Source: a virus. Taken from it: 34,572 nt of DNA. Positions 26,721 to 34,427 of this stretch are shown piece after piece. A model generated the notes under the pieces. That model was given only the letters and a program-made list of their open reading frames with translations, had not been told where the DNA came from and made no database searches. The stretch's first letter is position 1; every line of letters begins with the position of its first letter. The stretch is from IMG/VR virus record IMGVR_UViG_3300045988_171512; one strand, written 5' to 3'. Both the position numbers and the translations under genes were made by a program.

Positions 26721-27309
26721 TTTTATCTGTTTTATCTTTATTAAATGGACTAGAGAAAAGTGAAGTTATTTTTGTAAATATTTCTGCACAACAAGAACCA
26801 AAGTTTTTTGCAACTTGAAATAATATTTCACAGGTTGCTTTACTAATTAAATCATTACTTGGAGACCATTGAAAGCCAAAAGTTTTATAAAAACATTCAT
26901 CACTATTTTTCAATTTAAATATAGTCAATTTCAATTTTGGTATTTTAATAATTCCTAAAATATCATATTGAACAAATAAATATTCATCATCTTCTGACTT
27001 TATGATACCTATAAGAGGAACAAAATCTTCATCTGATTTTTTCTCTCTTAATTCTTTTTTTAATCTTGCTATTTCAAATTGATAATCTTCACACATTTTG
27101 ATCAAGTTACTTACAGTGGATTTAGAATCATTTTCTGTCAATAATAAATCGTTTTTGATAAGTTGCTGTATAACAGTTCTTTCAGTTTCAGACAACCTTT
27201 TATTTGTAATTAGATCAAAAGTACAATGATACAGATTTCCTTTTGAAGTAAAATGACTTTTTTTAGGTACATTAATATTTAAACTTTTTATATCATGCGA
27301 TTCTTTCAT
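26710..27309 (-). CDS. Hypothetical early protein, 199 aa
   Basis: ORF with coiled coil; no family recognised. Confidence 0.65.
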   Translation of the reverse strand: MKESHDIKSLNINVPKKSHFTSKGNLYHCTFDLITNKRLSETERTVIQQLIKNDLLLTENDSKSTVSNLIKMCEDYQFEIARLKKELREKKSDEDFVPLIGIIKSEDDEYLFVQYDILGIIKIPKLKLTIFKLKNSDECFYKTFGFQWSPSNDLISKATCEILFQVAKNFGSCCAEIFTKITSLFSSPFNKDKTDKNDK

Positions 27310-27541
27310 TTCTTTCCTCCTTAGGATTTCTATAAGTTAATCCTTTTCCTTGCTTATTTCTTGAAACAAATACAACTTTGCATAATTTATTTTTTGCCCT
27401 ATAATATTTTTGTTTCTCTTTATAAGTTAATTTTTCTAATTCTTCATCAGATATAGAAACAATTTTTAATAATTCTTCTAATCTATCTTTTTTGTTTTTA
27501 TTATTATCTAACATAAGATACCTACTTTCTTTTTTTAACAT
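27293..27541 (-). CDS. Hypothetical basic protein, 82 aa
   Basis: Compact operon ORF. Confidence 0.5.
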   Translation of the reverse strand: MLKKESRYLMLDNNKNKKDRLEELLKIVSISDEELEKLTYKEKQKYYRAKNKLCKVVFVSRNKQGKGLTYRNPKEERNERIA

Positions 27542-27782
27542 TTCGATAAGCTTCTGATTTTATTATTTGATTAAGTTCTTTCACTTTTTTTCTTAAGTTT
27601 CTATTTTCTTTTTTTAGTCTTTCAATTTCTTGAGGCTCACCAAGTTTATTCATAAATGTTTTGTATAGTTCATCCTGAATAGCACTTTTTAATGATTCAT
27701 TTTGACTTTTTAAACCATTATTTTGTATTTTTAGTTTTAATACAAATGGTACTGCTAAAGCAACCTTTTCCAATTTATTCAT
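27522..27782 (-). CDS. Coiled-coil protein, 86 aa
   Basis: Listed ORF starts at 27869, but MNKLEKVALAVPF at 27782 follows the SpoVG-like stop directly. Confidence 0.6.
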   Translation of the reverse strand: MNKLEKVALAVPFVLKLKIQNNGLKSQNESLKSAIQDELYKTFMNKLGEPQEIERLKKENRNLRKKVKELNQIIKSEAYRNVKKRK

Positions 27783-27783
27783 A

Positions 27784-28053
27784 CTATTCTTCTTCTTTAT
27801 TGTTAAAATCAGAAAATATAACTTCTTCAAACATTTTTCTTGTTTCAGTATTAATTGGATGACAAACATCTTTAAACTCTCCAGTAGATTGTTTTCTACT
27901 AGGAAATGCTATAAACATTCCTTTATCACCATCAATTATTCTAATATCTTCAATAGCAAAACAGTTTTCAACAACTACACTTGCTAAGCCAATTAGTTTT
28001 GATCCTTCCTTTTCTTCTAATCTTTGAGTTTTAACACTAGTAATTTTAAACAT
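27784..28053 (-). CDS. spoVG-like: SpoVG family protein, 89 aa
   Basis: MFKITSVKTQRLEEKEGSKLIGLASVVVENCFAIEDIRIIDGDKGMFIAFPSRKQSTGEFKDVCHPINTETRKMFE; AAGGAGG SD supports start at 28053. Confidence 0.93.
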   Translation of the reverse strand: MFKITSVKTQRLEEKEGSKLIGLASVVVENCFAIEDIRIIDGDKGMFIAFPSRKQSTGEFKDVCHPINTETRKMFEEVIFSDFNNKEEE

Positions 28054-28546
28054 TTTCTTTTCCTCCTTCATCATTTTTTTTATTTTTTCTAGGTGATTTC
28101 CTAGTTATTTCATATTCTTTAAGTTCTTTCATTGTTGGTCTATTTTTTAAACTTTTCATTTCTATATTTAAGTTTTGAATTATAGTTGCCGCTTGTTTTA
28201 GATCTCTATCTTTAAAGGCAAGCATATCTTTAAATATATTTATTGTTTGAAATGAAGCATTTCTTTGTTTTGTTAAACCTCCTACTCTTCCAATCAATTT
28301 TTGATATTTTTGATTTAACATATTTAATTTATTTTCTAAACAAATATTTTCTTGTATTTTAGATTCGATAAATTCATTTTTACGATGAATCTCTTTAGTC
28401 AATCGATAATTATCTAACTTTTTCAAACCTAATTCTGCATTTGTTTTTTCAAGTTCTTTATTTAAATTATTAATTTTATCTTTAAGACTAGCATTAGCAT
28501 AAACTTCTTCTTGATATTCTTTTTTTATTTTAAATAGATTTAACAT
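28046..28546 (-). CDS. Coiled-coil protein, 166 aa
   Basis: Extended heptad-like sequence. Confidence 0.6.
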   Translation of the reverse strand: MLNLFKIKKEYQEEVYANASLKDKINNLNKELEKTNAELGLKKLDNYRLTKEIHRKNEFIESKIQENICLENKLNMLNQKYQKLIGRVGGLTKQRNASFQTINIFKDMLAFKDRDLKQAATIIQNLNIEMKSLKNRPTMKELKEYEITRKSPRKNKKNDEGGKENV

Positions 28547-28782
28547 TTTTCACCTCCCTCTTTATCTATCTTTTCTTCTTCTTTTAATATTCCTCTTTCA
28601 ATTAAGGACTTTCTCATTTCATAGATTTTTTTCTTCTTTTCAAAAAGTTGTTTTTTTAACTTTTCTTTTGCTGCAAGATCCGCTTTTATTGAAGCACTTA
28701 ATTCAACAATTTTTCTCTCAAGTCTAAATAATTTAGCAATTTCTAATGAAATACTATCTATAGTAACTATCTCTTTACCCAT
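28540..28782 (-). CDS. Coiled-coil protein, 80 aa
   Basis: Compact operon ORF. Confidence 0.55.
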   Translation of the reverse strand: MGKEIVTIDSISLEIAKLFRLERKIVELSASIKADLAAKEKLKKQLFEKKKKIYEMRKSLIERGILKEEEKIDKEGGEKC

Positions 28783-29122
28783 TCTTTAATTCCTCCAATC
28801 TTTTTTCTAATACCTTCATATAAGCAATATATTGTCTAAGTTGTTTATTATATACTTTTTTTCTTGAGTTAATTTCTTTAATAGATTTCTTAACTATTCC
28901 AAGTTCATATTCTATATCATCTATAGTTTTTAATAATTCAGTTCCTTTTCCTCTTTTATATCCCCTTTTATCACAATTGCTAATGATCGTTTTGCTCATT
29001 TTGATATGACTAACCATATCTCTTAGTGTTCTATCACTTAAACCTGTTAATTGAATTAATTCATCTTTAGTAATAAATCTGTCATTAGGAATTAGTTCAT
29101 ATAAATCATCATAACTAATCAT
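28775..29122 (-). CDS. Winged-HTH-like protein, 115 aa
   Basis: FITKDELIQLTGLSDRTLRDMVSHIK...NCDKRGYKRG. Confidence 0.65.
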   Translation of the reverse strand: MISYDDLYELIPNDRFITKDELIQLTGLSDRTLRDMVSHIKMSKTIISNCDKRGYKRGKGTELLKTIDDIEYELGIVKKSIKEINSRKKVYNKQLRQYIAYMKVLEKRLEELKNG

Positions 29123-29661
29123 ATATTCTTTACAACCTCATTAACTGTTAAGCCGGTTCCTGGATGTAATATTTCTTCGATTAATCTTTTTTGAAAAAGA
29201 TCATTAGTTTTATTTTGAACTATAGATAATAAAGTGTTATATTTAATATTAAATTCTTCATCTGTCATTCTCTCTAATAATTCACGAGGTGTATCTTTGC
29301 CATAAATCTTTTTAATTTGTTTTTGCATATAATCAATAGCAGAACATTTAGCATAATGAGTATCATAACCTCTAAAAGGAATCTCTTCTCCACATATTTG
29401 GCAAATAACCGAACATTTATAAACTTTAGATTCTTTCTTTTCTTCTATAGTTGAAAGATTCTTTTTTAAAAACCATAATTTAGGGATAACCTGTCCATAA
29501 TCTTCTGAATTTAAGTGAAGTTCAAATCTTCTTGTAATGTCCTCATAATCATAATCTTTAAGTTCTTTATACCATTCATCAATTTTAAAGTCATCTATAG
29601 CGAATTCTTGGTAATGAGATTTAATTCTTCTGAATAGATTCTTAGTTTGTTCTTTAGTCAT
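29119..29661 (-). CDS. G39P-like replicative helicase loader/inhibitor N-terminus fused to a Cys/His zinc-finger segment
   Basis: MTKEQTKNLFRRIKSHYQEFAIDDFKIDEWYKELKDYDYEDITRRFELHL...PKLWFLKK; then CQICGEEIPFRGYDTHYAKC. Confidence 0.6.
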   Translation of the reverse strand: MTKEQTKNLFRRIKSHYQEFAIDDFKIDEWYKELKDYDYEDITRRFELHLNSEDYGQVIPKLWFLKKNLSTIEEKKESKVYKCSVICQICGEEIPFRGYDTHYAKCSAIDYMQKQIKKIYGKDTPRELLERMTDEEFNIKYNTLLSIVQNKTNDLFQKRLIEEILHPGTGLTVNEVVKNI

Positions 29662-30409
29662 TAGAATCACTTCCTAATCTATTCCACCATTCTTCTGAAT
29701 ACTTTACTATATTTTCAGAATTAGATGTTTCTTCTATTACATCATCTTCCCATCTTTTTTGATTTAACCAAGTTGTAGGATAAGGTATGAATTTTCCATT
29801 ATCTTTTTTCCAATCTGATGTTTCTTTGAACTTTTTAAGTTTAGTTATAATTAAATTGAATTGTTCATCTGTTAAATTATTTTTATTAAACCATTCCTCA
29901 CTTTTAAACTTATTTACCTTTTTTGGATACTCTTTCCAGAATAGTTCAAATCTTTCTTTATTTATTTCTTTTATATTAATACTTGTATTATTAATACTTG
30001 TATTATTCTCTTTGATTTTTTTGTCAATACCCTCTTGACTTTTTTGTATATACCCCTTTGACTTTTCAGTCAATACCTCTTGATTATTTAACATATAGGT
30101 ATTCATTGGTTGATTAATAGGAACTCCTATTATTTTTATAACTCTTTTTTCTATTTCTTTAGTTTCATTTTTATAAATAAACTCTACTACTACATAGCCT
30201 TTTTCTTTTAAATGACTGATCCATCTAGAAATTGTTGCAGAGTTAACATTATATAATCTAGCAAAATAACTATTAGTAGCCCAACATTCATTATTTTTAT
30301 TGGTTAAAGAAGTTATTTCACCATATAGTAATTTTTCATTTGGTTTTAATTCATTATCATACCTTACTATTGCTGGTATAACTGAATAATAATTTGGTTT
30401 TTCTTCCAT
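29654..30409 (-). CDS. Phage replication initiator-like protein with N-terminal winged HTH
   Basis: YYSVIPAIVRYDNELKPNEKLLYGEITSLTNKNNECWATNSYFARLYNVNSATISRWISHLKEKGYV. Confidence 0.75.
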   Translation of the reverse strand: MEEKPNYYSVIPAIVRYDNELKPNEKLLYGEITSLTNKNNECWATNSYFARLYNVNSATISRWISHLKEKGYVVVEFIYKNETKEIEKRVIKIIGVPINQPMNTYMLNNQEVLTEKSKGYIQKSQEGIDKKIKENNTSINNTSINIKEINKERFELFWKEYPKKVNKFKSEEWFNKNNLTDEQFNLIITKLKKFKETSDWKKDNGKFIPYPTTWLNQKRWEDDVIEETSNSENIVKYSEEWWNRLGSDSND

Positions 30410-30441
30410 TCTATTTCCTTTCCCCAAAACCCACTAAAGAT

Positions 30442-30537
30442 TTGACACATACATTAATTTGTGATAAAATTAAGTATGTAAAAAGCAATTGAGTGCCTTT
30501 TTATAGTGTGTCGTTTTGAAGAGTGGACACACTTTTT
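30442..30537 (+). ncRNA. Candidate small RNA (about 60 nt) on the plus strand
   Basis: TTGACA (30442-30447) - N17 - TAAAAT (30465-30470); hairpin AGTGTGTC/GACACACT (30505-30512/30526-30533) plus TTTTTATTT. Confidence 0.55.
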
Positions 30538-30743
30538 ATTTGCTCTATAATATTTAAACTAATAATTACTGCTAAAGCAAATGTTAAGAATCCAAACATA
30601 GTCCAATTTACTAAAACTTTATTGACTATAGGATAGATTAATATCATATAAAGATCATAAATTATTAATCCTAAACAAGCAGCTAAAATAATTAATTTAA
30701 ATATATTTATAACTTTAATTTTTGTTTTTTTCATCTGTTTCAC
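30501..30743 (-). CDS. Small membrane protein with two TM segments, 80 aa
   Basis: INIFKLIILAACLGLIIYDLYMI...FGFLTFALAVIISLNII. Confidence 0.65.
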   Translation of the reverse strand: MKQMKKTKIKVINIFKLIILAACLGLIIYDLYMILIYPIVNKVLVNWTMFGFLTFALAVIISLNIIEQIKSVSTLQNDTL

Positions 30744-30924
30744 CGCCTTTTTTGTTCATCATCGTTTCTTCAAAAAACCATCTCGGTATCTTACCTTGAA
30801 TCATTATCGATTCTGGATATTTCTTTGCAAATTTATATTGCAATTTTTTTATAATTTCATAAGCTAAACTCTTACTTGCTCCAGTAATTTGCTGTACATC
30901 TTTAGCATTATAATAGTCTTTCAT
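30715..30924 (-). CDS. Excisionase/HTH-type DNA-binding protein, 69 aa
   Basis: YYNAKDVQQITGASKSLAYEIIKKLQ...GKIPRWFFEE. Confidence 0.7.
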   Translation of the reverse strand: MKDYYNAKDVQQITGASKSLAYEIIKKLQYKFAKKYPESIMIQGKIPRWFFEETMMNKKGGETDEKNKN

Positions 30925-30954
30925 TTCAAGACCTCCTGTCTGTTGTGATTCTTT

Positions 30955-31209
30955 TTATTTTATTTCTTCATATTCTAATATTGCATATTGCAATATAGTG
31001 TTTAAAAAAAATTGAAAGAAATTATAATTAAGATAATAACTTAAATTAAGTGCTTGTTCCAAATTAAGTTTATTAGGATTATCTTCTATATTTTTATATG
31101 TAGGAATCGATATATTTAATGCCTTTGCACAGTCCTCTTGTGTTTTTTTTCTTTTAAATCTTACTAATTTAATTTGCTCACTCAACATTATTTTCTCTTC
31201 TTCTCTCAC
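30955..31209 (-). CDS. Cro-like HTH protein (GTG start), 84 aa
   Basis: SEQIKLVRFKRKKTQEDCAKALNISIPTYKNIE; SD AGGAGG 7 nt upstream; divergent from the CI-like gene. Confidence 0.85.
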   Translation of the reverse strand: MREEEKIMLSEQIKLVRFKRKKTQEDCAKALNISIPTYKNIEDNPNKLNLEQALNLSYYLNYNFFQFFLNTILQYAILEYEEIK

Positions 31210-31235
31210 TGTATCACCTCCTATTTACAAATACA

Positions 31236-31264
31236 ATTATATATTGAATTTCGCAATATGTCAA
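31236..31264 (-). promoter_or_regulatory. Early leftward promoter TTGACA - N17 - TATAAT
   Basis: TTGACA 31259-31264, TATAAT 31236-31241; operator-like TTGAATTTCGCAA (31244-31256) in spacer. Confidence 0.85.
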
Positions 31265-31314
31265 TACTTTTTTTTTATTTTGCAAAGTTTTTTTTACATT
31301 TTATTAAAAATATA

Positions 31315-31343
31315 TTGCATTTCGCAGATAAAAATGATATATT
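31315..31343 (+). promoter_or_regulatory. Repressor promoter TTGCAT - N17 - TATATT overlapping operator-like TTGCATTTCGCAG
   Basis: Spacing and repeat of the operator motif. Confidence 0.65.
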
Positions 31344-31365
31344 ATACATGGAAAGGAGGCTTTAT

Positions 31366-31716
31366 ATGACTAATTACTTTCCCAAAAACTTGAAATATAT
31401 TAGAACAAAAAGAAATATAGATCAAAAAGAAATGGCTGAAGATTTAGGAGTAGCACAATCAACATTAAGTTGTTGGGAAACTGGATTAAGATCGCCTGAT
31501 TTGGATATGGTTGCCAAAATTTCTAAATATTTAAATATTTACGATGATTTTATCACCAAAGATTTGACAAACGAAACCGAAAATAATTTTGATGAATTAG
31601 AATTATTATTCGATAAAAATAAGAATATTCTTACAGAAGATGATAAACAATATATAAAGTTTATAATAGAGAAAAGAAAAAAAAATATTGATAAACAATT
31701 AGGAAAAGAAGAATAA
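31366..31716 (+). CDS. CI-like phage repressor (XRE HTH), 116 aa
   Basis: Start MTNYFPKNLKYIRTKRNIDQKEMAEDLGVAQSTLSCWETGLRSPDLDMV with AAAGGAGG SD; listed ORF start 31174 is too far upstream. Confidence 0.9.
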   Translation: MTNYFPKNLKYIRTKRNIDQKEMAEDLGVAQSTLSCWETGLRSPDLDMVAKISKYLNIYDDFITKDLTNETENNFDELELLFDKNKNILTEDDKQYIKFIIEKRKKNIDKQLGKEE

Positions 31717-31759
31717 GTATGCTAGTACAGGTACTTTTTATAGATAAGGAGTAAAAAGT

Positions 31760-32098
31760 ATGAATATAATTAGTTTATTAAAAAGGGAAATAACACAACA
31801 AGAATTACTTAACTACTATAATGCTTGTATAACAATAATTGAATTGCCAGATGGAATTAATGGATTTGTATTTAGTTATGAGAATATATATAATATATTC
31901 ATAAATAAAGAACTATCATATTACAAAAGAAAAAAGACTATACTACATGAATTAGCCCATATAGAATTAAGTCAGTTGAAACAATTAAATAAAGATATGT
32001 TTGCTTTTTATATTGAAAAGTATGAAGATGAAGCTGATAAATATCTTAACTTTATAATAGAAACTATAAAGGAGGAGAAAGATTATGATGAATTATAA
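31760..32098 (+). CDS. ImmA/IrrE-family metallo-endopeptidase, 112 aa
   Basis: [16 protein letters not shown] zinc-binding motif, adjacent to CI-like repressor. Confidence 0.88.
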   Translation: MNIISLLKREITQQELLNYYNACITIIELPDGINGFVFSYENIYNIFINKELSYYKRKKTILHELAHIELSQLKQLNKDMFAFYIEKYEDEADKYLNFIIETIKEEKDYDEL

Positions 32099-33005
32099 AA
32101 TTCAAAATAAAGAAATTTCATTAATATTATGTGTTCTCGGAGGATGGTTTGGATTACATCATTTTTATAATAAAAAAATTGGACTAGGATTTCTTTATTT
32201 TTGTACATGCGGACTTTTTTGTATAGGATGGATAATAGATATATTTAAAATTATCGGTGTAAAAGATGAAATAGATTATACGAAATTTAAAAAATGTATG
32301 TATTGTGGTGAAAAAAACACAAGAGAAAACAAATTCTGCACAAACTGTGGAAACTCACTTTTAGATAAAATTGAAAGAAACTTTGTTCCAGAAGCTGTAT
32401 GGTATGATTCTTATACAAAAAGAAGAACAAATAAAATCGTTAAGGATTATGTCGTATTTGATACAGAGACTACTGGATTAGATCCAAGTTGTGACAAAAT
32501 AATAGAAATATCTGCTATTAAATTTATTGATAATAAAAAAGTAGAAACTTTTTCTACACTAATTAATCCGAAAGAAGTAATAAATCCATTTATAACACAG
32601 TTAACAGGCATAAAACAAGAAGATTTAAAAGACAAACCCACTATTAATGAGGTAATACCACAATTTTTTGATTTTATTGAGGATTTAACTTTAGTGGCAC
32701 ATAATGCACCTTATGATATAAAAATGTTAGCAAGTGAATGTTATAGAAATAAAAAAGAATTATGTGATAATAAAATAATTGACACTGTTACTTTAGCGAA
32801 AAGAATCATTCCTAGAGAAAGTATTGAAAACTATAAATTGGCTACACTAAAAGAGTATTTAGGATTAAATTATGATTCTCATAGGGCTTTAGATGATTGT
32901 GAAACTTGTTCAAAAGTATATCAATTATATTTAAATTCAACACAAAAGAAAAAAATTGTAATTATGGATGAAAACACTGGAGAAATAATTGAAGAATTAA
33001 ATTAA
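32085..33005 (+). CDS. TM2 domain - zinc ribbon - DEDDh 3'-5' exonuclease fusion, 306 aa
   Basis: [22 protein letters not shown]...GWIIDIFKI (TM2), [19 protein letters not shown] (zinc ribbon), [12 protein letters not shown] / [11 protein letters not shown] / [13 protein letters not shown] (Exo I-III). Confidence 0.9.
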   Translation: MMNYKIQNKEISLILCVLGGWFGLHHFYNKKIGLGFLYFCTCGLFCIGWIIDIFKIIGVKDEIDYTKFKKCMYCGEKNTRENKFCTNCGNSLLDKIERNFVPEAVWYDSYTKRRTNKIVKDYVVFDTETTGLDPSCDKIIEISAIKFIDNKKVETFSTLINPKEVINPFITQLTGIKQEDLKDKPTINEVIPQFFDFIEDLTLVAHNAPYDIKMLASECYRNKKELCDNKIIDTVTLAKRIIPRESIENYKLATLKEYLGLNYDSHRALDDCETCSKVYQLYLNSTQKKKIVIMDENTGEIIEELN

Positions 33006-33122
33006 AAAAACTAGTACCTACTGCAATAGGTACTAGAATAGTGCATAAAAATAAAATTGAATCACAACAGACAATCTTTTTCTATGCACTCTAATTATAT
33101 CAAAAATAAATAAATATGTAAA
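33004..33122 (-). ncRNA. Candidate small RNA (about 85 nt) with own promoter and terminator
   Basis: TTTACA (33117-33122) - N17 - TATAAT (33094-33099); 5' hairpin AGTGCATA/TATGCACT (33083-33090/33040-33047); terminator CTAGTACCTA/TAGGTACTAG (33027-33036/33011-33020) then TTTTTTT. Confidence 0.65.
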
Positions 33123-33139
33123 TAATTGGAGGTAAAAAA

Positions 33140-34300
33140 ATGGATAAAAAAGTATATGAAAATACTAGATATCAAAATATATATAGACATAAGAAAAATA
33201 AAAATTATGTAATTATGATGAGTAAACCAGTCAAAACTAGCATATCACGAATTGATGGTAAAAAAATAATGAAATTAGAAGATGCTATTAATATAAGAGA
33301 TAATAAAAATATAAAAGTTCAAAAAGGTCAAGAAATTGCTTGTAGAGAGGACTTTGATACATTGTGGTGTAAATATATTAATGCATGTAAAAACATACAA
33401 AAATTAGCATATAATACAATCAATAGAAAGAAAAAAATGTATAATAAATATTTAAAAGATAAAATAAAAATAAGAGTATCAAAATTGAAAAAAGAAGAAT
33501 TAGCAATTTTTATAGATAATATGGATACGACTGATAAACAAAAAAATCAAATGATTAAAGAATTAAAAACATTTTTTAATTGGTGTATAAAAGAAGAATA
33601 TTTAATTGTTTCACCGATGGATGGTATAGAAAAATATAAAGTACAAAAAAGTGAAATGAAATTTTGGACTCCTGAAGAATTAAAAAAAATACTAGATACT
33701 CTAGATGATGATATAACGAATGGAAATAAAAATGATGTTATGAGAGCAAGTATGGTAAAAATACTTATCTTAATAGGATTCAGTTTAGGTGATCGTATTG
33801 GAGAAACAAGAGCTTTAACCTTTGACTGCTTTGATGAAAAATTAGGAATAGTTAAAATAAAGCATTCCATAAATTATGATAAAGAAGATGAAAAATTTCT
33901 ATCTGACACAAAAAATTATCCTTCACAAAGAGATGTAAATATTACAAAAAAATTGATAAGCGAAGTTAAGAATTACCAAAAATTCTTAATTGAGAATACT
34001 AATTATACAATCGATAATAAAAATATAATATTCTTTAATTACGAAAGAAAAAAACCTTATTCGGATACCAATTTAAGGAAAAAGTTTACTTATTATTGCA
34101 ATAAAGCAAATGTAACTAAAATTAGAATGTATGACTTGAGGCATACCTATGTTGCTACAATGATGGGAGAAGGAAAAGAATTATATCTTATCAGTAGCAG
34201 AATTGGTCACATTAATTACTCCACTACTGTTAATAAATATGGTCATCTATCGAATAAAGTAAAAAGAGAAATGGCAAGTGCTACAGACAAGTATATATAA
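33140..34300 (+). CDS. int: Prophage tyrosine integrase, 386 aa
   Basis: N-terminal arm-binding type domain; catalytic RMYDLRHTYVATMM...GHINYSTTVNKYGHLS; next to attR. Confidence 0.95.
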   Translation: MDKKVYENTRYQNIYRHKKNKNYVIMMSKPVKTSISRIDGKKIMKLEDAINIRDNKNIKVQKGQEIACREDFDTLWCKYINACKNIQKLAYNTINRKKKMYNKYLKDKIKIRVSKLKKEELAIFIDNMDTTDKQKNQMIKELKTFFNWCIKEEYLIVSPMDGIEKYKVQKSEMKFWTPEELKKILDTLDDDITNGNKNDVMRASMVKILILIGFSLGDRIGETRALTFDCFDEKLGIVKIKHSINYDKEDEKFLSDTKNYPSQRDVNITKKLISEVKNYQKFLIENTNYTIDNKNIIFFNYERKKPYSDTNLRKKFTYYCNKANVTKIRMYDLRHTYVATMMGEGKELYLISSRIGHINYSTTVNKYGHLSNKVKREMASATDKYI

Positions 34301-34373
34301 AATGAGAGTAATTTTGAGAGTAAAAAACGAATAAGTCTTTATAAAATAAGGCTTTAAAGTGCTTATTCGGTGT

Positions 34374-34390
34374 TCCACCAGGACACCACT
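34374..34390 (+). repeat. attR core (17-bp direct repeat)
   Basis: Identical to 821-837. Confidence 0.92.
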
Positions 34391-34398
34391 TAGATATT

Positions 34399-34427
34399 AA
34401 CTTCTTACTTAGTAAGAAGTTTTTTTA
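34399..34427 (+). terminator. Displaced original host terminator of the tRNA-Arg gene
   Basis: AACTTCTTACT/AGTAAGAAGTT 11-bp inverted repeat plus TTTTTT, immediately beyond attR. Confidence 0.75.

Larger units (their letters stand above)
821..34390. mobile_element. Complete integrated prophage, HK97-type siphovirus gene organisation
   Basis: att repeats at both ends plus integrase, immunity, replication, packaging, head, tail and lysis modules. Confidence 0.95.

Noticed and set aside
27783-27869. N-terminal 29 residues of ORF 27522-27869
   Set aside because: Antecedent sequence lies inside the SpoVG-like gene; MNKLEKV at 27782 is a better start.
31174-31365. N-terminal extension of the CI-like ORF from 31174
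   Set aside because: It would run through the divergent promoter/operator region; strong SD precedes the internal start at 31366.
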